Positions 50,858-61,190 of a stretch of DNA of 64,000 nt are shown piece after piece. The stretch is taken from contig CAXXMR010000013.1 in the NCBI GenBank assembly GCA_963663805.2, forward strand, positions 128,001-192,000, in the 5' to 3' direction. Position 1 is the stretch's first letter, and every line of letters begins with the position of its first letter. The notes beneath the pieces were generated by a model that saw only the letters and a program-made list of their open reading frames with translations, was not told the origin of the DNA and searched no databases. The position numbers and the translations under genes are program-made. This DNA comes from Sedimentisphaerales bacterium (GTDB taxonomy: Bacteria; Planctomycetota; Phycisphaerae; Sedimentisphaerales; SM23-30).

Positions 50858-51226
50858 ATGGAAGCAATTTTACATTTCACGACAGTCACGACTGGTTTTG
50901 TTACGAATGGCCCTGAGTGCTATTGTGGGAATCGTGATTGGTTTCCACGTGGGGACAATCGCTGGGTATGCTCAAACTGTGAGCGTACGCGCAAAGCGGT
51001 TCACCGGGGTATTATCGTGCGTGGACCGATGTGTTATTGTGAACATAGAGATTGGTTCGTCGGTGAGGAAATTGTCCGCTGTTCCCATTGCGATCGGTCC
51101 AGAAAGGCGACGCTCCAAGGCTACATCATCAATGGGCCTGCGTGCTACTGTGGTCATCGAGACTGGTTCGTAGGGCAGACTGTTTATCGTTGCGCGTATT
51201 GCGAGAGAACCCGCAGTAAAACGTAA
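50858..51226 (+). CDS. Cys-rich protein of three tandem 37-38-aa repeats (CYC...CxxC)
   Basis: GPxCYCxxRDWF...CxxCxRxR occurs three times; purine-rich RBS before the ATG at 50858. Confidence 0.8.
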   Translation: MEAILHFTTVTTGFVTNGPECYCGNRDWFPRGDNRWVCSNCERTRKAVHRGIIVRGPMCYCEHRDWFVGEEIVRCSHCDRSRKATLQGYIINGPACYCGHRDWFVGQTVYRCAYCERTRSKT

Positions 51227-51558
51227 CGACGGGTGCTTCACGAAGACTCGATGCGCATTAGATCCATCTACACTTATTCGTTCCATACCCTGTGCTACTG
51301 CAAAGTGGCTCCGCTCCGCCTTCCTCAAGACCGAGAGAATACGTGTGATATACTCTCATAACAACCGGTACAGAAAACAGGGGCAGACCAATAATAATTA
51401 AAAGTTCGTTGCATAGTTGCCATATGAACTGTAAAGTTAAGAAAACTGTGTCATGATTTGCTCCTACAAATGATCCCGTTTCAGTTATTGCATAGTTTAT
51501 TGTAACTCGTAATTGGCGCGTTTACGTATAACTTTAACTTTAATATTGGAGTCTGATA

Positions 51559-52185
51559 ATGTGCTTTTCCGGCATGATTGATGTTTGTGGACCCAAGGAT
51601 TGTCCTCCCAATGGAACTCTCAAGCTATCAGTGGCGTCACATGCTCCCGCACTAAATCCCAACGGATGGAAAGATCTCTGGCGGTTGTCACCTTTCTCAA
51701 TATGTATTAATGGCATAAACGTTCCTGGAATGGAAGGTGTGATGTCCAAGACAGTGGAGAATGCCTGGCAATTTCTGAAGATCTGGGACTTTACGGAAGG
51801 ATGGGATGCAAATTCTGCGAAAGCAGCCTTTGAATGTGATTGCGCCATGCGTTTTCCTCGAGGTAAAGGCAGCAAGCCTGTTGGTCATTACTGGGGTGAA
51901 ACGGGAGAATGCCTTGACTACATTGAAGCCAGGAAAAGAATATATCTTCCTGCTTATTGCCAGTTACTCGATCAACCTGACAGGCAGGAATTAATCCTTC
52001 GACTTCGAAATGAGGCAAAGCTGCAACGAATAGTCATTTGGGATTATGACAGCTATTCAATCAGTAATCTGGGGCTTCAGAATTTCTCCGATACGATTAA
52101 CTGTACTGTACGTCCATTTGCGCACGCGTTTATTGTTGCAATGGCGGTCACAGGCCAGCTCCGTAATTTTGCCAAAGATCTTTAA
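51559..52185 (+). CDS. DUF6939-like protein
   Basis: LSPF, SKTVENAWQFLKIW, LDYIEARKRIYLPAY, HA; family assignment from memory. Confidence 0.55.
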   Translation: MCFSGMIDVCGPKDCPPNGTLKLSVASHAPALNPNGWKDLWRLSPFSICINGINVPGMEGVMSKTVENAWQFLKIWDFTEGWDANSAKAAFECDCAMRFPRGKGSKPVGHYWGETGECLDYIEARKRIYLPAYCQLLDQPDRQELILRLRNEAKLQRIVIWDYDSYSISNLGLQNFSDTINCTVRPFAHAFIVAMAVTGQLRNFAKDL

Positions 52186-52263
52186 GCCCTATTATATACC
52201 ATTCATGTATATTGCGATCTGCAGATTGTGTAGTTGACCAATCAAACATGTAACCAGTTTTTA

Positions 52264-52577
52264 CGATAGCGGATTATGACGGCAGTTATGTTTACGGTTG
52301 TGGAATCACAATTGATAACGGTAAAGCCAACTGTTATGGTTCAAATCATCCTTATGGCACAACACCGGTAGGGACGTTTTTCACATATGGTTATGGTCTT
52401 ACGGATATGGCAGGCAATGTCGTGGAATGGACAAGCAGTATCATTGGTGACAATCGTGTGCTCTGCGGGGGCGCATGGAGTCGTGAGGCTTTTTACTGCA
52501 CGGTAACGTTGCACTTTCAGGATTTCCCTTCTTATCTGAACTTCGACTGCGGATTTCGTGTTGTCCAAGATTATTAG
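52264..52577 (+). pseudogene. FGE-sulfatase (SUMF1) domain C-terminal fragment
   Basis: Not in the ORF track. Manual translation gives ADYDGSYVYGCG...TTPVG...YGLTDMAGNVVEW...RVLCGGAW...GFRVV; no proper 5' end. Confidence 0.8.
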
Positions 52578-52684
52578 AACTCTTTGGTATTTTTGCCATT
52601 GATATCGTTAAGTCGCGTATAACCTGTGCTTTCAAATCACAACTACAATAATAATTGGTGTTAAATTACTCGAGGACTTGGTAT

Positions 52685-53998
52685 ATGAATCAGACATTGT
52701 GTCATAGACTCCTTTGTGTGGTTTTCGCAGCTTTATTTTCTTTTGGCTGCGAGGAGTATGAATATACTATTCGTATAAAACCCCAAGGACCTCACATTTC
52801 CAGAACCTTAATATGCTCACAAAATGTTCCCGAGGAGTATCTTCAATCGATAGCTCGGATCTATGAACAACGAATTGACAAGTCAACATTTACGGGACAA
52901 TTCGAAAAATACTTGCCTCAAGATATCGGAGGATATGGCATTTATCATTATATTAATGATCCAATGGGCGAAGTTTATGCATACATAGAACGTTTCAGGG
53001 GCAGCGACAATCCCGCAGAGCAGTTGCAGAACCGATTTGATCTTTACGATCAGGTGGTTTGTGTCATTCTTGATTGGTTTGAATATGAGCTTGGCGATGA
53101 GCCAAACTTTGACAGCCTTCAGCAGTTTATTGATGTTGAGTTCCGTACAGATATAAAAAACTTAGACATTTATACCTGGCTGGGCAAAAATCCAGATGAT
53201 TCAGAGCGTGAGGAGATGGATGTGCGGTCACTGCTTTATATGATCGAGCGTGATTATATGACCCTGAATGATTATTTTTCTATCAAGGAAGGTGACCCTA
53301 ATGTGATATTACCTCTGGTCAAGAACCATGTTGCACGACAACTGGGTTATATCGAAACGGGCCAAATTGACAAAAAGCTAGACCTTCTTTCAGGTTTTGA
53401 TGAAGTTGTTGATTCATTGCGACAATTTATATCCAATTCAGCCAGATGCATACAATTCATCGATGAAAAGAAGAAAGAAATAATCGCCCAGGGTGAATCT
53501 TTCATTGAGCCGGACTTTACATCTCTTGAAAGTGATACAATTATTGAGATTCTGTTAGAAGCATATGATATAGATCTAGATCTTTTGTTTGAAAACCTGA
53601 TCGACTTCGCACCTTATGATTCGCTGACTATCAAAATCGAATGTGATCAGAAACCTTATTTCACTAACGGACAATGGCAATCTGATTCTGCAATTCTAAG
53701 GTGGTCAAAGAAAGTCAGACGTGATACCCATGATGATTTGCCTTTTCTATGCTACGCATATTACGCCATTCCCAACAACGAATATCAAATGGAGCATTTT
53801 GGCTCAACACTTTTTAAAGATGAAATGCTCATGTCTTACTGTATTTGGAGAAATGGATTAGATTATGCCCATCGCCAAGAATGGGATAATTTTATCGCAG
53901 GCGTAAATCCAGGAGATGCACTGTCACAAATGAAAGTATTTCGTTTCTCAGATGATACTAAACCCGGCATAGATTTCAAAGATGTGCATGAGGAATAG
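52685..53998 (+). CDS. putative lipoprotein, unknown function
   Basis: GAGGA RBS; signal peptide ending FSFGC; acidic body. Confidence 0.7.
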   Translation: MNQTLCHRLLCVVFAALFSFGCEEYEYTIRIKPQGPHISRTLICSQNVPEEYLQSIARIYEQRIDKSTFTGQFEKYLPQDIGGYGIYHYINDPMGEVYAYIERFRGSDNPAEQLQNRFDLYDQVVCVILDWFEYELGDEPNFDSLQQFIDVEFRTDIKNLDIYTWLGKNPDDSEREEMDVRSLLYMIERDYMTLNDYFSIKEGDPNVILPLVKNHVARQLGYIETGQIDKKLDLLSGFDEVVDSLRQFISNSARCIQFIDEKKKEIIAQGESFIEPDFTSLESDTIIEILLEAYDIDLDLLFENLIDFAPYDSLTIKIECDQKPYFTNGQWQSDSAILRWSKKVRRDTHDDLPFLCYAYYAIPNNEYQMEHFGSTLFKDEMLMSYCIWRNGLDYAHRQEWDNFIAGVNPGDALSQMKVFRFSDDTKPGIDFKDVHEE

Positions 53999-54427
53999 AA
54001 CTTAAAGCATTGATCACACATAATATAACTCTATAAGCTTCTTAAAAACACAGAGTTACAGAATAGTCTAACGTACCTTATTCCACTATTTATGTTGATT
54101 TTATAGGATGCGGAAAATAGGAAATATAGATTACGCTCGCCAAGAGAGCAGGTCAAGGATTGTTTCGGCAAAACAATTATGTAAACACTCATTGATTCGC
54201 TGCTTTTAGCAAAAGAAAAAATGCTGAATCAGACCGCACAGACAAATGAATTATTAGACGTGGCAAAATAGAATGCCTATCAGATTGAGTGGCGGCTATT
54301 ACAACTATATCAATGCGTGGGCCTGTTGATCTTCTTTATTCCTCTCATTCTCGAGTTTTCCAAAAATGTGAATCAGATATAGCCGATGATATGATACTAT
54401 TTAACAATTTAGTATTTTAAGCTCACG

Positions 54428-55454
54428 TGTCAAGGGGCGCTCAAAACCGGCCAGTGATGGGCGCTTGAAAACCGGCCAGAATTGAATAGTTGATATGTTT
54501 GTCTTTGTTAATCTGGGTAAAAACTCAGGTTGACAGGGGCACAAAATGGCGAACTATTTGACGATGGCACAGGTACAAACGGCAGTTGATCTCAAGGCCC
54601 GCGGCTGGTCTAACCGTCGTATTCAGCGGGAGTTAGGCATTCATCGGGATACGGTGGCCCGCTATTGGGCTCTTCGGCAGCGGCAAAACCGTGATGGTGA
54701 CTGCCCGGACGACACATTAGCTCCTCCGGCTGTCGAATCGGTTCCGGCGGCTTGCGACGGGGCGCCCCCCGGGGGTTCAAAACCGGCCAAGGCGCCCCCC
54801 GGCTCTGAGGCTGATTCTATCCCGGTTCCCCCTGGTTCGACCAGTCAGTGCGTCCGGTACCACGAACTGATCGTGCCCATGGTTCAGCGGGAATTATCGG
54901 CTCAGCGGATTTATCAGGACCTGACGGCTGACCATGATTTTTCCGGCAGCTACTACAGTGTGCGACGTTACGTCGGCAAGCTGCGTCATGCCAATCCTCT
55001 GCCGTACGGGATTTTATGCAGGATGAGGCCCTGGGCCAAATAGACAAGGTCCTGGCGAAATATCTCAAAGCGGACCTGCTGATAATCGATGATATGGGCA
55101 TGAAGCAATTGCCCCGCAACAGCGGCGAGTATCTTTTTGAGGTGATTATGCGCAGGTACGAAGTCCGTTCAACCATCATGACCAGCAACCGACCCCTGGA
55201 AGACTGGGGCAAACTCCTCGGCGATGTGCCCTCGGCCACCGCCATCCTGGACCGATTCCTGCACCATTGCGAATTAGTGCAGATTACCGGCAGAAGCTAT
55301 CGCCTGAAGAACCAGAAAAAGCAGGACCAAGAGAATAATCCCAAAAACGACAATTAACGCTTGAAAAACACCCCGGAGAAAACTATAAAACCTTAATCAA
55401 AGTGGCCGGTTTTGCAGCGCCCCAAAGTGGCCGGTTTTCAGGCGCCCAATGACA
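54428..55454 (+). mobile_element. internally deleted IS21-family element
   Basis: TGTCA...TGACA ends with reiterated AAAACCGGCCA motifs; 4-bp flanking repeat CACG; istA N-terminus (54546) joined to istB C-terminus (LLIIDDMG, TSNRP, AILDRFLH). Confidence 0.9.
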
Positions 55455-55601
55455 CACGCATAATCCTCGTGCTTATTTTACCCCAGTCATATTGTTTGAG
55501 GGTGGGCTTTTTTAACCTAACAGGGAGGACCGTATTATTGCAAGGCGTGTCAAGGACGGCACGTACCTGGCCGCACTGGTACAAATGGCTGTTCCAGTGG
55601 T

Positions 55602-55708
55602 CAACAGCATCCCCGGCTGAATGGATGCCCTGGAACTACCGCGACAGGCTCCAAAGCTCCGGCACCCACGAATAAATTTCAAATTTTTCAAGCTTGCCGA
55701 AAACTCAC
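55602..55708 (+). mobile_element. 107-bp IS66 terminal remnant, inverted near-copy of 488..594
   Basis: Encodes the same TASPAxWMPWNYRDRLQSSGTHE and ends GCCGAAAACTCAC. Confidence 0.85.
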
Positions 55709-56049
55709 GGTTCAGTGTCCGTTGCTCTAATTGGCTGGTCCTTTTTGATTGGAGGGAACTATTAGTTGTAAAGTGGTCCTGTAAAGCTACTGCATGTTCT
55801 TCCCAGCTTGGTAGTCCTTGATTAGAATAGAAATTCTAACCTGCCATTCAGATATAATACTCTTAGCAAATCATATGTTTCAGGATTATCCATATCTACA
55901 ATTTTCTTAATTATATTGTCGTTAATTCTTGTGACCATCATAGACAAGCATTGTGTTAATTTACTAATAACAAGGCTATTACTTGCAACCTTAAACAAAT
56001 CTACCATCTTTCTGACAATATCAGAGTTGACGTAATCCGTGATAATCCC

Positions 56050-56690
56050 AAGAACTTCTATTGCGCAACAACAAATATTGCTATCTCCATCATCTAGCTT
56101 TTCTACTATTTTGCCGACAATATCATTATCATTGTCTATCTTATCACGCTCAATTAAATGTCCGAGAACTTTCATTGCACAACAACAAACATTGCTATCT
56201 CCATCATCTAGCTTTTCTACTATTTTGCCGACAATATCATTATCATTGTCTATCTTATCACGCTCAATTAAATGTCCGAGAACTTTCATTGCACAACAAC
56301 AGACATCACCATCTCTTTCTTCAAGCTTGTCTACTATTTTGCCGACAATATCATTATCATTGTCTATCTTATCACGCTCAATTAAATGTCCGAGAACTTT
56401 CATTGCACAACAACAGACATCACTATCTCCTTCTTCAAGCTTGTCTACTATTTTGCCGACAATATTATTGCTATTGTCTATCTTATCATGCTCTAATAAA
56501 AGCCCGAGAACTTCTATTGCACAACAACAGACGTCGCTGTCTCCATCTGCAAGCTTATTAACTATTTTACCGAGAATATCATTATCTTTTTCTATCTTAT
56601 CACGCTCCAATAAAAGCTCGAGAACTTCTATTGCACGGCAACAGACATTACTATCTCCATCTTCAAGCTTGACAACTATTATACTGACAA
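56050..56690 (-). repeat. 114-bp coding tandem repeats (38-aa HEAT units), about 5.5 copies
   Basis: IVGKIVDKLEEGDSDVCCCAMKVLGHLIERDKIDNDND repeated; AACTTTCATTGCACAAC recurs at 56167, 56281 and 56395. Confidence 0.9.
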
Positions 56691-56846
56691 TGTCAGGAAT
56701 ATTTTCTATTGTATCTTGTTCCAACAAATTTCTAAGGACTGATATTGCGGTAGAACTAATCATACTATCCTTATCCTTTATCTTGTTTATTATCTTCTGG
56801 ACGATATAAATAGCTAATTTACTGTCTCTATATTCTAAATTACTAA

Positions 56847-58201
56847 CTCAAACTGACCGATTGCAGGAATTTTGATGATAGTGAAGATTCAACAAAAAAG
56901 GCCTTTCGAGCCGATAAATGTAGTGCAAACCAACATTTACTGGCAAGGAGGCCTTATGCTTACTATCGGCAAAATTCCTCAAAAAGTCAAAACTTTTTTT
57001 TGGCCGACCAAAAACACGGTTTCGGCTCACGTTTATTCTTATTATTGCAATATGGTGATTGCTATTTGTATCAGCCACGGTAGTACCATCGACAGGCTGG
57101 TAAAGCTCTTGCGCAATGCTACTCACCGCACCAATCACGGTGAATTTCTTTGGCGCAGTGACTTTGACGAGATGGCTGTGGTTAAAGGTCAGGCTGTCGG
57201 AATGCTCAAACGGCTCTACAAAAAAGGATGCAAAGACTGTCTGCTGATTATCGACGATACTCAAACGATCAAGCGGGCCAAGAAGATGCAGGCGGTCGGC
57301 AAGATACATCATCATGCCTCCGGGAAATACTGCATGGGCCATACCATTGTCAAAGCTTGTCTGTTTTACCGAGGCGTAACTATACCTTTGGGTTCCTGGC
57401 TGTACGTCAAAAAAGAACATGTCAAAGAACTTAAGGTTCCCTTCCAAAAACTTACGGAACTGGCCGGGCAAATTGTTCGGACAGCAGAAATTCCCGAGAA
57501 ATTTGATGTCACTGTTTTGTTCGATGCGTTCTATCTTTGTCCTGCGGTTGTCAATGCCTGTAAAGCAAGGAAATGGCGTTATATCGGGGTTAGCAAGTCG
57601 AATCGCTGGCTTACCGTTAATTCGACCAAACATAAGATTGGCAAATACGGTAAGAATATTTTGAACCGAACCGGCAGTTGACAGAGCATTAAGGGGCTGC
57701 GTAAAACCTCCTCCTATAAACTCGCTCAGCGTGTCGGAGTGATGAATAAACTTGGTGAGGTTAAAGTTGTGTTCTCCAAACGCCGGAACGATCGTAATGT
57801 AATTGCCCTGGTTACGAATGACCTGCGCTTGTCGATGAAGAAAATTGTCAGCCGCTATCTCAAACGCTGGGCGATTGAGGTGATGATCAAAGAACAGAAA
57901 CAGCATCTGGGGCTGGGCGATTACCGTGTTTGGCGGTACCGGGCGATAGTTAGACACCTGTCCCTGGTTGATAGTGCCTATGCCTGCCTGACCCATGTTG
58001 GCCTGAATGACCAACGTGCACAAGGCCATAAAAACGATACCAAGAATATGCTGTCTCTGCCGCCGATCAGCCAACTCAAAACCCGAATGCAGGAGATTGT
58101 CTGGGATCAGGAAGTGCAAAATGTTATTAAAGTTTCGCATGATAAAAAAGTTGTCCGCCGCCTGGAAAAACTCCTTGTGGCATAATATCGGTCAGTTTGA
58201 G
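56847..58201 (+). mobile_element. IS701/IS4-like DDE insertion sequence; transposase has an in-frame TGA
   Basis: IR CTCAAACTGACCGAT at both ends; TSD TTACTAA; LIIDDT, VLFDAFY, YLKRWAIEVMIKEQKQHLGLGDY; stop at 57679-57681. Confidence 0.88.
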
Positions 58202-60802
58202 TTACTAAGAATTGATAATGCCCAAAATTGAACAATTACGCATTTATTCTCAAGTTTATCTATGATTTTCTCAATGATCTTGATGTTTACACATTTCAAT
58301 CCCCAAATCGCTACTGTTGCAGCTTCTTGAACATTTGAATTAATATCTTCAATCATATCAACAATATCTTCAATAATAAAATCGTTGCTATCTAAATCAT
58401 CCGGATCAAGAAAACGCTCAAGGCACATCACTGCCGAGCGACGAACTTCGCCATTTTCATCCTTAAGTTTTTTCCTGATTTTCTCAATAACATCAACAAT
58501 ATGATTGCTGCTTAATTTACGCCTCTTTTGCAAATCCGAAATTGCTGAAAGTGCTGAGGCAATAACATTATAATTTTTATCTTCAAGCTTGCTTATTATT
58601 TTTTCGAGAGTGTTGATATCAATCCATCCTGTATACGGCAAACTTCCAAGAAGTTTTACTGCTAAACAACGAACATATCTATTAATGTCCTCAAGTCTAC
58701 CCTCTATTACTTTTTTAAAAATAATAACCACAGAGTCATTTATAGAACAAAGATTACGAAGTAACATATCCTTGGTATGCCATTCTTCACTCTCCAAAAT
58801 ATCAAAACATATAGTAATCGCCTTTTCTTCGTTAACATAAGACAAGTGCCGAAACGCGTTTTTGAAAAAAATAGTATTTTTTAAAAGCTCTTCAAGTTTA
58901 CATGTTATGTCATTCTTCAATTTTAGGCTCACCTTTATTTCTGATAATAATTCCGCAGCCAAGAACAGTTTTGAATAAAAAGGATTATCCTTTTCATTAA
59001 GTATTCGTTCAATGGTTATCTGGCCTTTGAATCCCATCAAAAACCTAAGCACTTCTTTCCACTTGGGATTCCACTTTTCCGCTATCACTTTATCAAATAA
59101 ATGTTCATTACCATACTGTGAGATATATTCAGCTGCTAGATATTCCTGAAATGACTGATGACTGAAATATAAACACTTTTCGGCACTATTTGCTCGATTA
59201 ATTATTATCTGAAACACACCATACTTCAGCATCTCATCTATCTCGCGCAAATCTTTATCTGTGAGTGTGCTAAAAGGCACTGCCTGAAGAAAATGCTCTT
59301 TCTCATTGGCAATCGCATGAAAAGAAATTCTTCTTAGAGTGCGCCTGGCTAATTCAGGCTTGGCGACAGATTTCCCAATGTTATCATGCTTGTATTGCTC
59401 AAATATATAATAGACGTAACGCTCATAAAGATCTTTACGTGTCATAATCTTTTTATCTTGATCGTTTTCAATCAAATCTCGAACCATATAAGCAAGCATA
59501 GGTACTGACAATGTTTCGGGGCAGTTTTTACATATTACCTTGGCTCTGTTATATTTGTCCGCAAAGTATTTCTTCTTGCCATTTTCATCGTATGGTTTTA
59601 GACGTAGAAATTTCCATTCTCTGTCCTTTTCTTGCTCCAGAACAGCAAAAGGCCTGGACGACAAGATCGTATGATTTCTCAGCATACCCTTGATTTTTGT
59701 TGCCAGTTCTTCATGGGATACATTAGCCCCTGTAATCTGATCCAAGCCATCAATCAGGAAAATTATCTCATTTTGATATTTGATCAGAAAATCTTTCACA
59801 TTTCTATTTTCAAGGTAGCCATTGAACAAACGAGCTACACCAGAAAGAAAATTGTCACGATTGCTATTCCCTAGATCAAATTGCTTAACTTCATTGGCCT
59901 TTATGAAAATCGGGATATATCTTTGGCCTCTTATTATCTCAAGCTGCAAATATCGTAAGAATGTCGTCTTTCCGCTTCCAGTTTCTGAGCTAAGAATATA
60001 ACTACCCTCTGGATTATCTTTATAAGCGTCAATGTCATAATCACTCCAGTCTCTGTTATGATCATATCGGCCATAATCTAAACTACTACCCTTTTCCGAA
60101 GAGTCCTCACATTTGCCAATTTCCAACCTCAACTCAATATAATCATTATGATCCTTTGGGGACAGTTTCAAATCCAGTTGTTTTTTGGCTTCATACTCTA
60201 GTCTATTAAGAAAGATTTCTTTGGGAGAAAAACAAGACGAAGCCTTTTCCAAGGGAACTAAATTGAGTGAATAACGTTTCTTCCTAACGCCTTTTTTCGT
60301 AAGATGCTCAATAAATTTAGTTTCGGCACAAGCGAGATGGCAGTGGAGGAGTTTCTTTTCCTCCTTGTCGTTAAGATGCCAAAAGAATAATTGGATTGGT
60401 GGGTTTATGTCTTTATCTAGACTGAAAGATTCTAGAGCCTGATTTATTACATCAAGACAATTAGAAACTTTGGAATGATCAGCTTCACCTAACCTTTCGG
60501 CTATAACATTCTGTGTTTTCTTGTAAGAAGTTTTATTTTGATCCAGCAAAATGCCACATAATCTAATTATATAATCTCTCTTTGATGCATCAATCGATTC
60601 ATTTATAATATACTTATGAAAATCTTTGAAAATAAGAAAGTTTACAATCTTATTATGCTCTTCGTCGCTGGGAGTAATATATTCATTGTTCTTGGAAATC
60701 ATGTTCTGTTCCTTGTAATCGTAAGCGGTAAATTAAATGCTTACCTGTGGAAGTTTTTTATGGCTAAGTTTAACCATGACCGCATTAAAAATACAGCAAC
60801 TC

Positions 60803-61087
60803 TCAAATTATCCTTGCCTGTCTATAGATAGTACTCATTGAAACATTAAAGAACTCTTCAACTTCCTTGTTGTGAAGATGCAAAATGCCACAGGCCCTAC
60901 AGTTCTGGTTGGCAGACACATAGATAATTCCACCTGCCCATCCACCTGGATTTCCAGTTGTTTTAATATTACATATCGAAAGGTCCTCCAACAGGCGATT
61001 GACCTCAGTGTGTAAACAAGGGTTGGGGGATCTTTTGAATAATGAATTTAATATTTCAAGAATATTCTGATCCATTTTCTGTTTCAT
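60803..61087 (-). CDS. DUF6398-like small protein
   Basis: GWAGGIIY...N...FFNVSMSTI pattern; family assignment from memory. Confidence 0.5.
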   Translation of the reverse strand: MKQKMDQNILEILNSLFKRSPNPCLHTEVNRLLEDLSICNIKTTGNPGGWAGGIIYVSANQNCRACGILHLHNKEVEEFFNVSMSTIYRQARII

Positions 61088-61190
61088 AGCAAAATCTTTT
61101 AAGTGAATAACATCAAAATCATCTCAGAACAAGCTTTCGTTTTGGTACATTATTTCTGCAAAACCTATGATTACGATACTCACTATAACC

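Larger units (their letters stand above)
55822..60702 (-). pseudogene. NACHT NTPase + HEAT-repeat protein interrupted by an IS
   Basis: SETGSGKTT, FLIDGLDQ, LSSRP, FSHQSFQEYLAA, then HEAT repeats. Removing the IS and one TSD restores LSILSN-LEYRDSK...KDKDS-MISST in frame (1172 aa). Confidence 0.88.

Noticed and set aside
56050..56690. Regular repeats as a CRISPR array
   Set aside because: The units are contiguous 114-bp in-frame coding repeats with no unique spacers, and no cas genes are present.
56039..58140. Long opposite-strand ORFs (56039..56809 +, 56848..58140 -; likewise 824..1642, 11566..12339, 17877..18653)
   Set aside because: Antisense shadows of well-supported genes or transposases, with no motifs of their own.
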